This document shows, in pieces, positions 9,286 through 19,300 of a DNA stretch of 64,000 bases. Under the pieces are notes generated by a model, which was not told the origin of the DNA, searched no databases, and worked only from the letters and a program-made list of their open reading frames with translations. This stretch comes from a virus. Both the position numbers and the translations under genes were made by a program. The stretch lies in the IMG/VR virus record IMGVR_UViG_3300045988_171858, one strand, 5' to 3'. Numbering within the stretch: the stretch's first letter is position 1; each line of letters opens with the position of its first letter.

Positions 9286-10674
9286 ATGCAAGATTATAAA
9301 AATCAGCCATTACACAAGGAAGAATATCATTCTGTGGGTGGCGATGCCACCCACATTATTTTTAACTTCCCTGGATACGGCTATCTTTACATGGGCAGTC
9401 TTCTTTCACTGTCTTATCAAATATTCAGAGACAAAGTCCCAGTCTATAATTTGGGCAACACAAATATCGACGGCTTTGCTATTGGTAAACGATACGTAGC
9501 AGGGTCGATTGTCAAAACATCATTCCTACACGACGACCTGCGCCAATTCATGCAAGATATTGCAGACGGCATTGGTATTAAAGAACCGGTCGACTCTATC
9601 TATCAATTAAAACTCGAAAAGCAAAAGGCTTATCATCACCTAATGGCAGATGACATCCTTCCTTTCGATATCATTATTCTTCTAAGTTCAGAGTATGGCG
9701 CCTTCTCCGTATCAGAAGTTATATACGGCGCAACGTTAATCAATTCTGGGCAAGTCCACTCAATTCACGACATCATTACCGAAAATACACTTTCCTTTGT
9801 TGCTAGGGATGCCAGACAAACGCGCAATAAAATTGGCAGTGCTGTTTATGGTGAAGCCAAACATAACGGCGTAAAGGCTTCACAGCTATCAGGAGAGAAT
9901 GTAAACTATAATAACGGTGACTCATCATATTATTACGACAGATGGAATCAATCCGTTAATGATGCAGTCAAAAAAGGCACATGGTCACAAGACGAAATTA
10001 ATCGTATTAACGCTTATTCTCAGCTTGCAGGTAATGGCACACAGGCCAACGTCCCTCAAAGCTATCTGGATGCAGCCAGAGAGGAATATCGCAAACAAGG
10101 CGCAACAGATGCTCCGGACAGTGCATCGGGTTCTAAGCCATCGGGTTACGATGGTGCATACCTAGATAAAAATAGTTTCAAGTCCAGTAAAAATGGGTTT
10201 GAAGTAGAGGACGGCGATACCGTCAAAGTTAATGCAAGGAAAAGTGACGGCACAGAATACCGCTCTAAAAATGAGGATGGCAGAACTTCTCTTCGTTTTA
10301 TGGGTATTGACACACCAGAGACTGACCACCAAAAGAATAAGGGTCAACCATACGGACAAGAGGCCGCAGATTTCCTTAAAAAATATGTCCAAGATGGCAA
10401 GTGGGACAAAGATATTGAAGACGGCGTAACCAAGGTTGTTGGAACAGATACTTATGGGCGTAAGTTATTCTACAATCCTAGGTATATAGAATCAGCAGTA
10501 GAGTCAGGAATGGCATGGTTTAGACCTGAAAGTGCCAGACAGGCTGGTATGTCCACCGAAGATATTAACCGTATCAAGCAGAAATACCACAAAGCAAAGG
10601 CCGGCAAAGTCGGACTATGGGGCGGAGACAAGATCGTTGATCCTGCAATACACAGAAAGACATGGGATAAATAA
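9286..10674 (+). CDS. tail-tube-like domain fused to staphylococcal nuclease (SNase/thermonuclease) domain
   Basis: The N-terminal ~190 aa are paralogous to the tube protein. The C-terminal part reads DGDTVKV...LRFMGIDTPE...QPYGQEAADFLKKYV...TDTYGRKLFYN, which is the SNase catalytic pattern. Confidence 0.7.
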   Translation: MQDYKNQPLHKEEYHSVGGDATHIIFNFPGYGYLYMGSLLSLSYQIFRDKVPVYNLGNTNIDGFAIGKRYVAGSIVKTSFLHDDLRQFMQDIADGIGIKEPVDSIYQLKLEKQKAYHHLMADDILPFDIIILLSSEYGAFSVSEVIYGATLINSGQVHSIHDIITENTLSFVARDARQTRNKIGSAVYGEAKHNGVKASQLSGENVNYNNGDSSYYYDRWNQSVNDAVKKGTWSQDEINRINAYSQLAGNGTQANVPQSYLDAAREEYRKQGATDAPDSASGSKPSGYDGAYLDKNSFKSSKNGFEVEDGDTVKVNARKSDGTEYRSKNEDGRTSLRFMGIDTPETDHQKNKGQPYGQEAADFLKKYVQDGKWDKDIEDGVTKVVGTDTYGRKLFYNPRYIESAVESGMAWFRPESARQAGMSTEDINRIKQKYHKAKAGKVGLWGGDKIVDPAIHRKTWDK

Positions 10675-11612
10675 TGGCTAAGTCAAAATATAATATCTCA
10701 AACACCAGCGATGGCGTTCAAGTATCTGTTGATGGGAACCGAGCCGAAGAACATTCTCGGGAATATAATATTGGTCTTGAATATGCTCTCGCTAAAAATC
10801 TCGCTCCTGGTAAAACTGTATCAGTTGATAAAACTATAATCGAGAAGATGTACCCAAAGGTACAGGATACAAGAAAAGGTCCTACCACATTTAAGCCAAA
10901 GGGCGTTCCGAAGGCTACTGGTAAAACCGATCCAATAGACAATATGTCAGCCATCTCTGCAAAGGGAAGAGGCAAACAGGTTAATCTTAACCCCGGAGAA
11001 ACGGACAGGGAAAGAGCCTTGGCGCATAGTAAAGTTCAGACTGCATCATACGATGGGTTGTACACCAAATACTATTCGTCTAGTGATTTTAATCTGTATA
11101 TTGGAGATATTTTAATTGACCGGGCGGCCGGTGTTGCTGTTGGAGAATCACTAACAAGCATACCTATTTACACTATTGGCAATAGTAGATACGACTTCCT
11201 AGCCAGAGGCAATGTAATCGTCAACGGTATTATTAGAATCAATAAAGCGGAGAAAGATTACCTTGCAAGGGTAATTGCACACTACCGCGGCCGGACAAAC
11301 GAATTTAAGATTCTTAGCTCATATGAACAGCTCCAGCTTACATCCGAAGAGCTTGCAAAATACCGCAAGCAGTTAAAGGAATACCAAAACGAACAGGTAT
11401 CGGCCAAATCTGTATTAGACTGGGCAGACCTAGGAAGCTTTACTATTCATATGGTCTATAATAACTCTGACGCTGTTACAGAGGGTGTTCAACAACGCAT
11501 ATCTATTGTAGAATGTAGAATAGTTGGATATGAACATTCAGTAGATATCGGCTCAGACGGCCAATTAATTGATGGATACAAATTCATCGCTAAAGAGGTA
11601 ATTCCAGAATGA
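10674..11612 (+). CDS. distant tail-tube-family paralog (tube initiator/terminator candidate)
   Basis: IPIYTIGNSRYDFLARGNVIVNGIIRIN resembles LPIHTMGSPDARAIARGKRTCMGSCVF and VPVYNLGNTNIDGFAIGKRYVAGSIVK in the two preceding genes. Confidence 0.4.
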   Translation: MAKSKYNISNTSDGVQVSVDGNRAEEHSREYNIGLEYALAKNLAPGKTVSVDKTIIEKMYPKVQDTRKGPTTFKPKGVPKATGKTDPIDNMSAISAKGRGKQVNLNPGETDRERALAHSKVQTASYDGLYTKYYSSSDFNLYIGDILIDRAAGVAVGESLTSIPIYTIGNSRYDFLARGNVIVNGIIRINKAEKDYLARVIAHYRGRTNEFKILSSYEQLQLTSEELAKYRKQLKEYQNEQVSAKSVLDWADLGSFTIHMVYNNSDAVTEGVQQRISIVECRIVGYEHSVDIGSDGQLIDGYKFIAKEVIPE

Positions 11613-12094
11613 GAGTTGAAAGAATTGAAGGGTTGGAGTCGCTACATCCAGACGAACTCTCCCCTGATGAACACGAGCAGTTAGCTCAGGCTAAAGAAAA
11701 TGCCGAGGAAGAGCGAAAGGAACAGACGGATATCGACATCCTCCTTGATGCTCTTTCCGACAAAGAAGATGCCCCAAAGATTTATGACATTGAAGCATGG
11801 CTTGAAAAATATGGTACAATTCATGTATCGTCAGTTTTGGGCGGCAAGGATATTTTTATCTGGCGTGTATTAAGACGACAAGAATATTCCAATATGATTA
11901 AACAGGGAATGATGGACAATGAAATTCGCGCAGAAGACTCAGTAGTTCGCCGTTGCCTATTGTACCCAGAAGCCAAACAAGAGTTTCTAACAACCGCTCC
12001 TGCAGGTTTTATTTCAACATTGAAAGAACAAATCATGTATCGCTCAGGATTTGTTCCACTGCAGCAAGCCTATTCGCAAATTAAGATCCTGTAA
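11609..12094 (+). CDS. acidic tail-assembly-chaperone-like protein
   Basis: Sits between the tube genes and the giant tape-measure-like gene. Acidic N-terminus. Shares an AGF(I/V)ST(L/V) segment with the next ORF. Confidence 0.4.
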   Translation: MRVERIEGLESLHPDELSPDEHEQLAQAKENAEEERKEQTDIDILLDALSDKEDAPKIYDIEAWLEKYGTIHVSSVLGGKDIFIWRVLRRQEYSNMIKQGMMDNEIRAEDSVVRRCLLYPEAKQEFLTTAPAGFISTLKEQIMYRSGFVPLQQAYSQIKIL

Positions 12095-12624
12095 TGAGTG
12101 CATTAGATTTGAAGACGGGGACAGTTGTTATCCCCTTTAATAACACCCCTATTCAAATCGAGGGGCAAATGTTTAAAAACCTATCTGTTCTAGCTAGACT
12201 AATGTCTATGACCGAATTAGATAGGGCCATGAGAATCAACATTGAAGATGCTGCAACAGAAGATGAGCTGTATGAAGAAATCTTCAAGTCCTGCGTTATT
12301 GATGTCCCAGGTATTCCAAAGGGCGTTGATTACAATAATTCCTCAGCCGGATTTGTATCAACAGTTGGCAAAATAATCTTTATAAAATCAAAGGAATACG
12401 TAGAAGACCCGTTCAAAGCATACGATAGAGCAGTGGAATCTGTCCCTATGGTAGAGGCAATGGCGGCAGTAATATCAAGGTTTCTTGGCATCAAATACAC
12501 AGAAGCAAAAAGTCTCCCCATTAACGACCTCTTCGAGATGTATGCGGCTTGCCATGTTGCATTTCCCAATGAGGTTGCCCCAATTGTCAAACAAGAGGAA
12601 GAAAGGGTTGGTCCTCCAGCATGA
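12094..12624 (+). CDS. tail-assembly-chaperone-like protein, paralog of preceding gene
   Basis: TAATG overlap with the upstream gene. SSAGFVSTVGKIIFI aligns with TAPAGFISTLKEQIM. Confidence 0.35.
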   Translation: MSALDLKTGTVVIPFNNTPIQIEGQMFKNLSVLARLMSMTELDRAMRINIEDAATEDELYEEIFKSCVIDVPGIPKGVDYNNSSAGFVSTVGKIIFIKSKEYVEDPFKAYDRAVESVPMVEAMAAVISRFLGIKYTEAKSLPINDLFEMYAACHVAFPNEVAPIVKQEEERVGPPA

Positions 12625-15600
12625 TAACATCTAATATTGGGTGGTCGGCCCTTAACGATTACAGAGACCGCAGAGAGGAAAGAATTGCTCACCGCAGAGT
12701 CTTGATGGATGCTCAAACAGTTGAGGAAAATAAATCCGAGCAAGAGGCCAGGGACATTGTAGGCTCTGTCGTAAAATACGGATTAACTCTGGAAGGCCTC
12801 GTATTGGCTAACAGAGCACTTAAAAATAAAGAAGTACAACGGAAGGTTGAGCGTTATGTAAACCTAAGCTACCTATCTGATTCTATCAGAGGTACGAAAC
12901 AGGACGCTCTAAATGTCTTCGGTGGCGGGAAAGTTACCTTAGCAAACTTGTCTATGAACGTGGCAAGGGCGTTCGAGGAACTTTCCCCTTTTTCTATTTT
13001 AAGAACCTTTAATACTTCCCATATTATCACTCCATTCTCTACCGTAGAATCTGAATTTGAATTCTCCTCCGATTTGCTAAAGGGGCAGAAAAGATACTTA
13101 AAATTCTTAGCATCAAAATACGGAGAGCGAGAATTAACAGACGCCGACTTTGATGTTGGGCTCAAATATTCGAAGGGTAAACTACTAGACGCATCGGACA
13201 ATGTAGTAATCGAAAATGCAAGACTTACTTTAACAGAGTTTGCAGGCACGGAACCGGGGCACTCAGCAACATCTAACTATAATAAAGTCCTGCGTAGACA
13301 TATAGCCGTTGGGGAAGGAGCATCGTTCCTATCCAGAAGAGAGATTGGCGACCTAGCGAGGAACGTCCCTACGCATACTCCATTTACAATTATTGCAGCA
13401 GATAAAAATGCAAATATTGGAAAAGAGTGGATGAAGTCTGTTGTTGGGCAGGCAATAGCTCAGGGTTTTAACATGGTCAATGAACCACTTGGGTTCATAG
13501 AAGAAACCGGCGGCACCTTGATTAATAGGAACTCAACACTCTTTAAACTGATTCGCAAATATGGCAGAATTAATCCAAATGCAACATCCGAATCAACAAT
13601 TAAGGAATTAGCAACCGGATATGCCAGACATGGCACAATGAAACTCGCAGGATTGGCAGCCGGGTTCTATGCATTGGACAATGCCTCCAGATTGATAGGT
13701 ACAGACGACTCAGGATTCGGTCATGGCATCCTCGAAGGACTATCAACAACATTCCTCGGCGCGAAACTCCTATATGCAGAGACTGTATCAGACAGGTTTG
13801 AAGAATACAGACAAGAGCAAGAGTATGTAGCACCAGGTTCAACTTCTCTGTTAAAACTAGCAGGCTTCCCTCTGGCTGGAGCAATGTTTGGTGGTACAAT
13901 CGCTTACGGCAGACGTGCAATCCCAACAGCGTTGGCAAATAATGGGTATATCAGCTCAACAATAGAGGCTGCAAGAGAAAGCTTTATATTCGGTCGCGGC
14001 GTAGCGACACTCGCAGCTAATACGCCAATACAAGATGCAGTAGCAGTAGGCACAAGGGCTAAACGATTTGCAACAAGAGGCGCGGCAATCGGTGCATTAT
14101 TTGCACTACCATTTCTCCCTGGTGCATTGATAGGCGAAAGTAGTGATGAAGTAAGGGCCGAATATCTGGAAGGCAAAGATGTAGCTATCCGTAAAAACAG
14201 AGGATGGTTCTCATCGTCAACACCAATAGAAGGTGAGGGTGTAAAATATTTCACCAAGAATTGGTATCAAAGATTGATGGCTGATAATAAAGACAAGATT
14301 CTTTATGGGGATAAAGACACAGAAGAAGATCTGAATCCATTCCTAAGTCCATTCGACTATCTAAGAAATCCATACCGCTTCGAACAAATGCACGAAGGAG
14401 ATATGCCATATCCTGTATGGGGCATGGACGTATCTATGGGCGGCTGGATTGGTCGCGGGTTTCAAATGGCCTTTGGCGACGCTATCAAGCCTGACCTGAT
14501 CAATCCAAGGATGGAAGCTCTCACACAAGAGATGCAGGACTCTGGTGAGCCTGACATTATTCCAACACTATCAATAACCCAAAATGTTTCAAATAAACGA
14601 CTATCGCTTATTGGTGATGGCAAAGCAACATATGGCGAGTTGGCTAAGTATGACCCTAATACAGAGTCAGCAAACTATATTGTATCTTCTGGTCTAGACT
14701 TCGTAGGTCTTAAAGGCTGGGCAGTATCAGGTGTGCTAAAAGACTTCGGTATAGGTATGCCGGACTTAAAAACACAATATGCACGCTCGGGAGAAGCCAC
14801 AAATATCGCCAGAGAGTTTGAAGCACAGAACCTCGGTGGTATGTTAGGTTCGGCGGACGTTATACGACGTATCATTCCAATGTCAGCAGACGTCACAGGA
14901 GAGCGTTTCAATCCGTTAAAAAATACTGCTGCTCCAGACTGGCTACCAAAAGGAGATTACTTCAACGACTTCTCAAGGGGCGCATTCTGGGATAAGGTAG
15001 AAAACGGATACGACAGGCTTCCTGGTAAGGGATACGAAACATGGAATCCAGAGCTATCTGACATTGACCCCAACGACTATCCAGACATCGACAAATTCAA
15101 AATCCTATCAGACGTAGCATTCGGCAGTAACGAATACTATAAAATGTATGAGAAGATGGAGGATTTGTATCGCAGGAAAGTCGCCGGAGAAGAAACCGAG
15201 CTTTCAGACGAAGACGCTGCAAGATTCGAAGAGATTTATATTCAATCCCAGGAACGCTCCAGGAAGAAGCGCTTCTTCGAATACAAGACAGACGAAGAGC
15301 TTGAAGGTATTTCAATGTGGGGCAGAATGCTGGGCTCCATATGGGAAAGTACAACCCATAATGCAGAGCTTTCAACAGAACGTCTGACATTCTTCCGGCC
15401 GGCGGGCAAGCTATTGCACCAAAGAACAGCAATAGAAGATTACGTCAAAACTCAACTATCCGAAGGCGACACTGCACTCTGGAACAAGCCATACGAACAC
15501 TTCATTAGGCCATTCGTAGAAGACTCATACAAGTACATAGACTCAGAGCATGTACCGGAATATATCCAAGAGCGAAGAAACGTAGACAACTACTTCGATG

Positions 15601-16391
15601 CCTTAGAGTTCTACAAACAGATGCAGATTTACCGCAAGTCTGCCGGCACTAATAGTTATGAGGCTAATATTGCAAAACAAAAAGCCGGCAAAACTGTTTA
15701 CGGCGCAGTGGCTTCAGGACTAGACACAAGACAAGATGTAGAATCCGCATATGGTGCACTTTCAGATAATGAACGTGCCTACTTCTCCTCTTTTATAAAT
15801 GCAAAAGAATCAGACAGAAATAAAATCTCAAGAATCGTAGACGACAATAACACATCCGATATGTACCGTATGCTATGGGCAAGGAAGGATGCTATCGAAA
15901 ACGGCGATGATGTTTCTGCATTAATTCAACAAGAAGAACAAGACCTAATTGACGAAAACCGTTCAGCATACCAGGCCTATAAGAATAGTGGGGATGCAGA
16001 CATAGGAATCTCATTCAGGGAGTATGTTCAAGAGCTAAGGGCAGCGTCGCTAATAGAAGAGGCAACGGGAATACCTACATCAGACTTCGCAGGATGGGAC
16101 CCAAGGATTGAAATCAAAGATGTCAAACTGAGGGCGTTGCAGCTATCTAAAGAAGATGTCAGGGAATATGGATTCTGGAAATCTGATGAAGAAGATTTGG
16201 CCAGGCAATCATACATCCTAAATGAAGACCAAGTAACAACACAGTTAAGCTCAATCAAAGAAACAAGAGCAAGACGAGAGTTCCAAGAATCGCTATTAAT
16301 AAAAGACCAGTTGATGAAGCGCGGTATATTTGCAAAAGATATCCGTTTTTCAAACACAGGGTTTAGCGACCAAAATATAAACATAGGTTAA
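12621..16391 (+). CDS. tape-measure-like / ejected internal tail protein
   Basis: 1256 aa at the tape-measure position. It has several hydrophobic Gly/Ala-rich segments (LAGLAAGFYAL, LAGFPLAGAMFGGTIAYG, GAAIGALFALPFLPGALIG). Confidence 0.5.
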   Translation: MITSNIGWSALNDYRDRREERIAHRRVLMDAQTVEENKSEQEARDIVGSVVKYGLTLEGLVLANRALKNKEVQRKVERYVNLSYLSDSIRGTKQDALNVFGGGKVTLANLSMNVARAFEELSPFSILRTFNTSHIITPFSTVESEFEFSSDLLKGQKRYLKFLASKYGERELTDADFDVGLKYSKGKLLDASDNVVIENARLTLTEFAGTEPGHSATSNYNKVLRRHIAVGEGASFLSRREIGDLARNVPTHTPFTIIAADKNANIGKEWMKSVVGQAIAQGFNMVNEPLGFIEETGGTLINRNSTLFKLIRKYGRINPNATSESTIKELATGYARHGTMKLAGLAAGFYALDNASRLIGTDDSGFGHGILEGLSTTFLGAKLLYAETVSDRFEEYRQEQEYVAPGSTSLLKLAGFPLAGAMFGGTIAYGRRAIPTALANNGYISSTIEAARESFIFGRGVATLAANTPIQDAVAVGTRAKRFATRGAAIGALFALPFLPGALIGESSDEVRAEYLEGKDVAIRKNRGWFSSSTPIEGEGVKYFTKNWYQRLMADNKDKILYGDKDTEEDLNPFLSPFDYLRNPYRFEQMHEGDMPYPVWGMDVSMGGWIGRGFQMAFGDAIKPDLINPRMEALTQEMQDSGEPDIIPTLSITQNVSNKRLSLIGDGKATYGELAKYDPNTESANYIVSSGLDFVGLKGWAVSGVLKDFGIGMPDLKTQYARSGEATNIAREFEAQNLGGMLGSADVIRRIIPMSADVTGERFNPLKNTAAPDWLPKGDYFNDFSRGAFWDKVENGYDRLPGKGYETWNPELSDIDPNDYPDIDKFKILSDVAFGSNEYYKMYEKMEDLYRRKVAGEETELSDEDAARFEEIYIQSQERSRKKRFFEYKTDEELEGISMWGRMLGSIWESTTHNAELSTERLTFFRPAGKLLHQRTAIEDYVKTQLSEGDTALWNKPYEHFIRPFVEDSYKYIDSEHVPEYIQERRNVDNYFDALEFYKQMQIYRKSAGTNSYEANIAKQKAGKTVYGAVASGLDTRQDVESAYGALSDNERAYFSSFINAKESDRNKISRIVDDNNTSDMYRMLWARKDAIENGDDVSALIQQEEQDLIDENRSAYQAYKNSGDADIGISFREYVQELRAASLIEEATGIPTSDFAGWDPRIEIKDVKLRALQLSKEDVREYGFWKSDEEDLARQSYILNEDQVTTQLSSIKETRARREFQESLLIKDQLMKRGIFAKDIRFSNTGFSDQNINIG

Positions 16392-16394
16392 TAT

Positions 16395-19300
16395 ATGGCA
16401 ATCAACAATCTAGTGCTCGGCGGTGCTGCCGCGGGCTTTATGGCAGGTGACCCAATTGACAGTCCGATTTCATCGATCGCTGGCATTGGATTGGGAGCTT
16501 TGATCGGTTCTTCAATCGAGGTTGTTAAATCAAATCGGAAAGAGCGAACTCCTCGCGGTTCCGCTGATATCAGAGTTGACCATACTAAATTAAACAGTAA
16601 GGCGAATAGGACATTCACAGAGGACAATTACGCCGCAGAGATGCAGCGTCAGGCTAAACGTCACAGTGCAATGACAAGATATTCAGGGCGGAGAAGTATC
16701 CGTGAAGTAACAGCAGAAGCCCAAAAGAATAGAGGTATTATTACAGACTCTATGAGGACTGCTGCAGTTGAACGTGCAAACAGTTCTGTCTCTAAATGGG
16801 AAAGTGCCGTTTTGCACAACTTCAACTCTTTGTCCAATATGGACTTGTCGGAAACCTTAGGTCAAAGCGGGGCAATGAAATTTATCCGTGGAGAATATAC
16901 CGCAGATGAATTGTCAAACCTTGTTGTTAGCGGCAAACTTACAGATGAGCATTTCAAAATACTGAGACGCGCATCTTCAAACGAATTGATTTCATCAGAA
17001 GTAAAAGCCGGCGAAATCAACTACTCTTCAAAATTAAGAACAGTAGATATGAGCTGGGTCAAAAACAAAGAAGTGCCAAATATAGGCTCTCTTTCTATTG
17101 ACAGAACAGCCAGCAAAGAAGAGAAGATAAACGCACTTAAAGGCTATCTATCAGGCACACTGGGCCATGACGATGCATTCGCAGAAAGATTTGCACATAA
17201 TATCAGCAACTTCTATCCTGGCGCCGCAATTGATATTTCTAACTCTGACATTTCTATCAAGATGCCAAACGGGGAAACAATCAAAGACCTTATCCCAGAG
17301 AAAAGGAATGGGGTCCTGCAATACTCAAAGAATGGCAATATATACGAAGCAAAATTATATCAACCGTTCGCTGACTCTATTGGTGCTACATTGGGCGGCA
17401 TTGAAATGGCATCCCTATCATCAGACGGGAAAAGCGTTATTATTAGCTCCTCAATTGCCGATAGTACTGTCATTGATGGGTTCACTAATCTTGAAGTTGC
17501 AGGATTTAGAGGTCATGTAGAAGGAACTCCATATGGCAAGGCCCTAGAGCAAATGCAAAGCCTTGGCGCTTATGTCGGTCCTGATGACGGTGAGAATGTC
17601 GTAAGGGCGCCGTCACTTGATACAAAACTTCAGTTCAATCCTTCGGACACCGGTAAGATTGTAAGAATGAAAGATGCAAGTTCTCTTGAGGGCCAAAGAA
17701 GAACCTACAATGTAATCAATCAGGCAATGATTGGCCAAACAGGACTATCAGCAATTCCATCTAATCTCCGCTCAAGAACTTATTCTGTATCAAGTGCCTA
17801 TCAGGCCGAGCAGGCAGTAGCTGGTATAGCCCCTCACCCAGAGCGTTCAACAGGCACAGTGTCAAGAGGAACCGTAATTGACCTTGCAAATACTACACAT
17901 GAAGATACAAGACGCATTGCGCAAGCATCTAAGTTGCTAGTAGAACAAGGACTAGGTCACAACTTTAGCGGCGCAATCTTAGCATCAATCGTCGGACATA
18001 ATAGCAGCTTCAATAACACTATTGGTAGTGCAGTAATGGGCATGGTACTGGAGGACGGCAAAACAGAGCAGATGCTTAAGGGTATCCATTTGAATGCTCC
18101 GGGAACTGTTCGTCTCGGACAAGGTGCCTTTACAGGAACAGAAGAGCAAATCGCTAAGATGGCCCAAATCCAAAATGGCAATAATGTTTCCTACAAAGGC
18201 GGCGAAAGTATAGGTTTCTTCGGAGGGAAAGAATATACGATTCCGAAGACGGTGGATTCCTTTACGGTTTCAAGAATTGAGAACACCAGAGACGGGTACA
18301 AATTTGTAGGCAATAATAATGTTGTTACAGATACAGATTCTAACTCGGGCATCAAAATCTTTAACGATGTTAAGTCTACATCTACCCATAGAACAGAACG
18401 TGATTTTGCATTAAAAGAAATCATAGATAGGTTCGAAAGGGAAGGCTCCATTTCAATGGAGAACGGCTCTATTGTGGTGTCGTCAAGAGATACTAGAAAT
18501 CTCGAAAGACATAACCAACTTCAGAAAGTTTTACCTGAGGGCCGCAGCAGATTCTCCCCAAAAGAGTTTAGAGGCGCTATCGAGAAGTTTGTAGAGCAAA
18601 ACGGCGCAGAGCTAGATGTTGCATTGGCTAAGGTTAGAAATACCTACAAAGATATCAATGTCCGTTCAGAGGATTTTAAAACAGGTTATACGCTCCAAGG
18701 TCTAGAGGTTAGCAACTTCAGAGATAAAGATCAAATCAATAGAGCAAAAAATGTAATCGTGGAGGTTATAACCAATAGCGGATTAGATGTCTCAGGCGAA
18801 CTGCCAGAAGATGCTCCACAGGCATTAAAGGATTTGCAGCATTCGTTCAATAAGCTATCAGAAGCCGGGCTGGATTCAAACGAGGCCGGCAATGAAGTTA
18901 AACGGGCAAGGGCAAGTTTATTCGCAGCTAAAGCTATCGAAGATCCTAAGTTCTCAAATATCGCATTGGGAACTATGCTTGGCAATCTATCTCAGGCGCA
19001 TGACAAAGCCCTTAAACGCGGCAATTCAGTAACTCTTAATTTTGCATTGGGAGATGGCACATCAGTTCCTATCCATGTTGGTAAGGGTAACGATATATCT
19101 TCTGCAATGGCGGAATTAATCAAAGCCTCAAGTAAGCGCCAGAATATGTATGCTGCAGGGAAAATTAGCTATGACCAATTATACGGTGCAATCAAGGGCG
19201 ACTATACGGGCCTAGAATCGTTAGGCTCAAAAATGAGTCTGTATAATCTAGCAGGTCTACGTCCTGGCACGGCGGCGCTTACAGGCGAATCGAGCCGAGG

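Noticed and set aside
8654-10429. Small same-strand alternative-frame ORFs inside the tube genes (8654-8866, 9917-10165, 10232-10429)
   Set aside because: They are fully nested in longer ORFs that have paralog or SNase support. They have no start-site signals and odd compositions.
12082-12096. Programmed -1 frameshift joining the two chaperone-position ORFs (G/GT-like)
   Set aside because: The -1 frame has a TAA at 12082-12084, only 12 nt before the downstream ATG. No slippery heptamer lies between it and the upstream stop.
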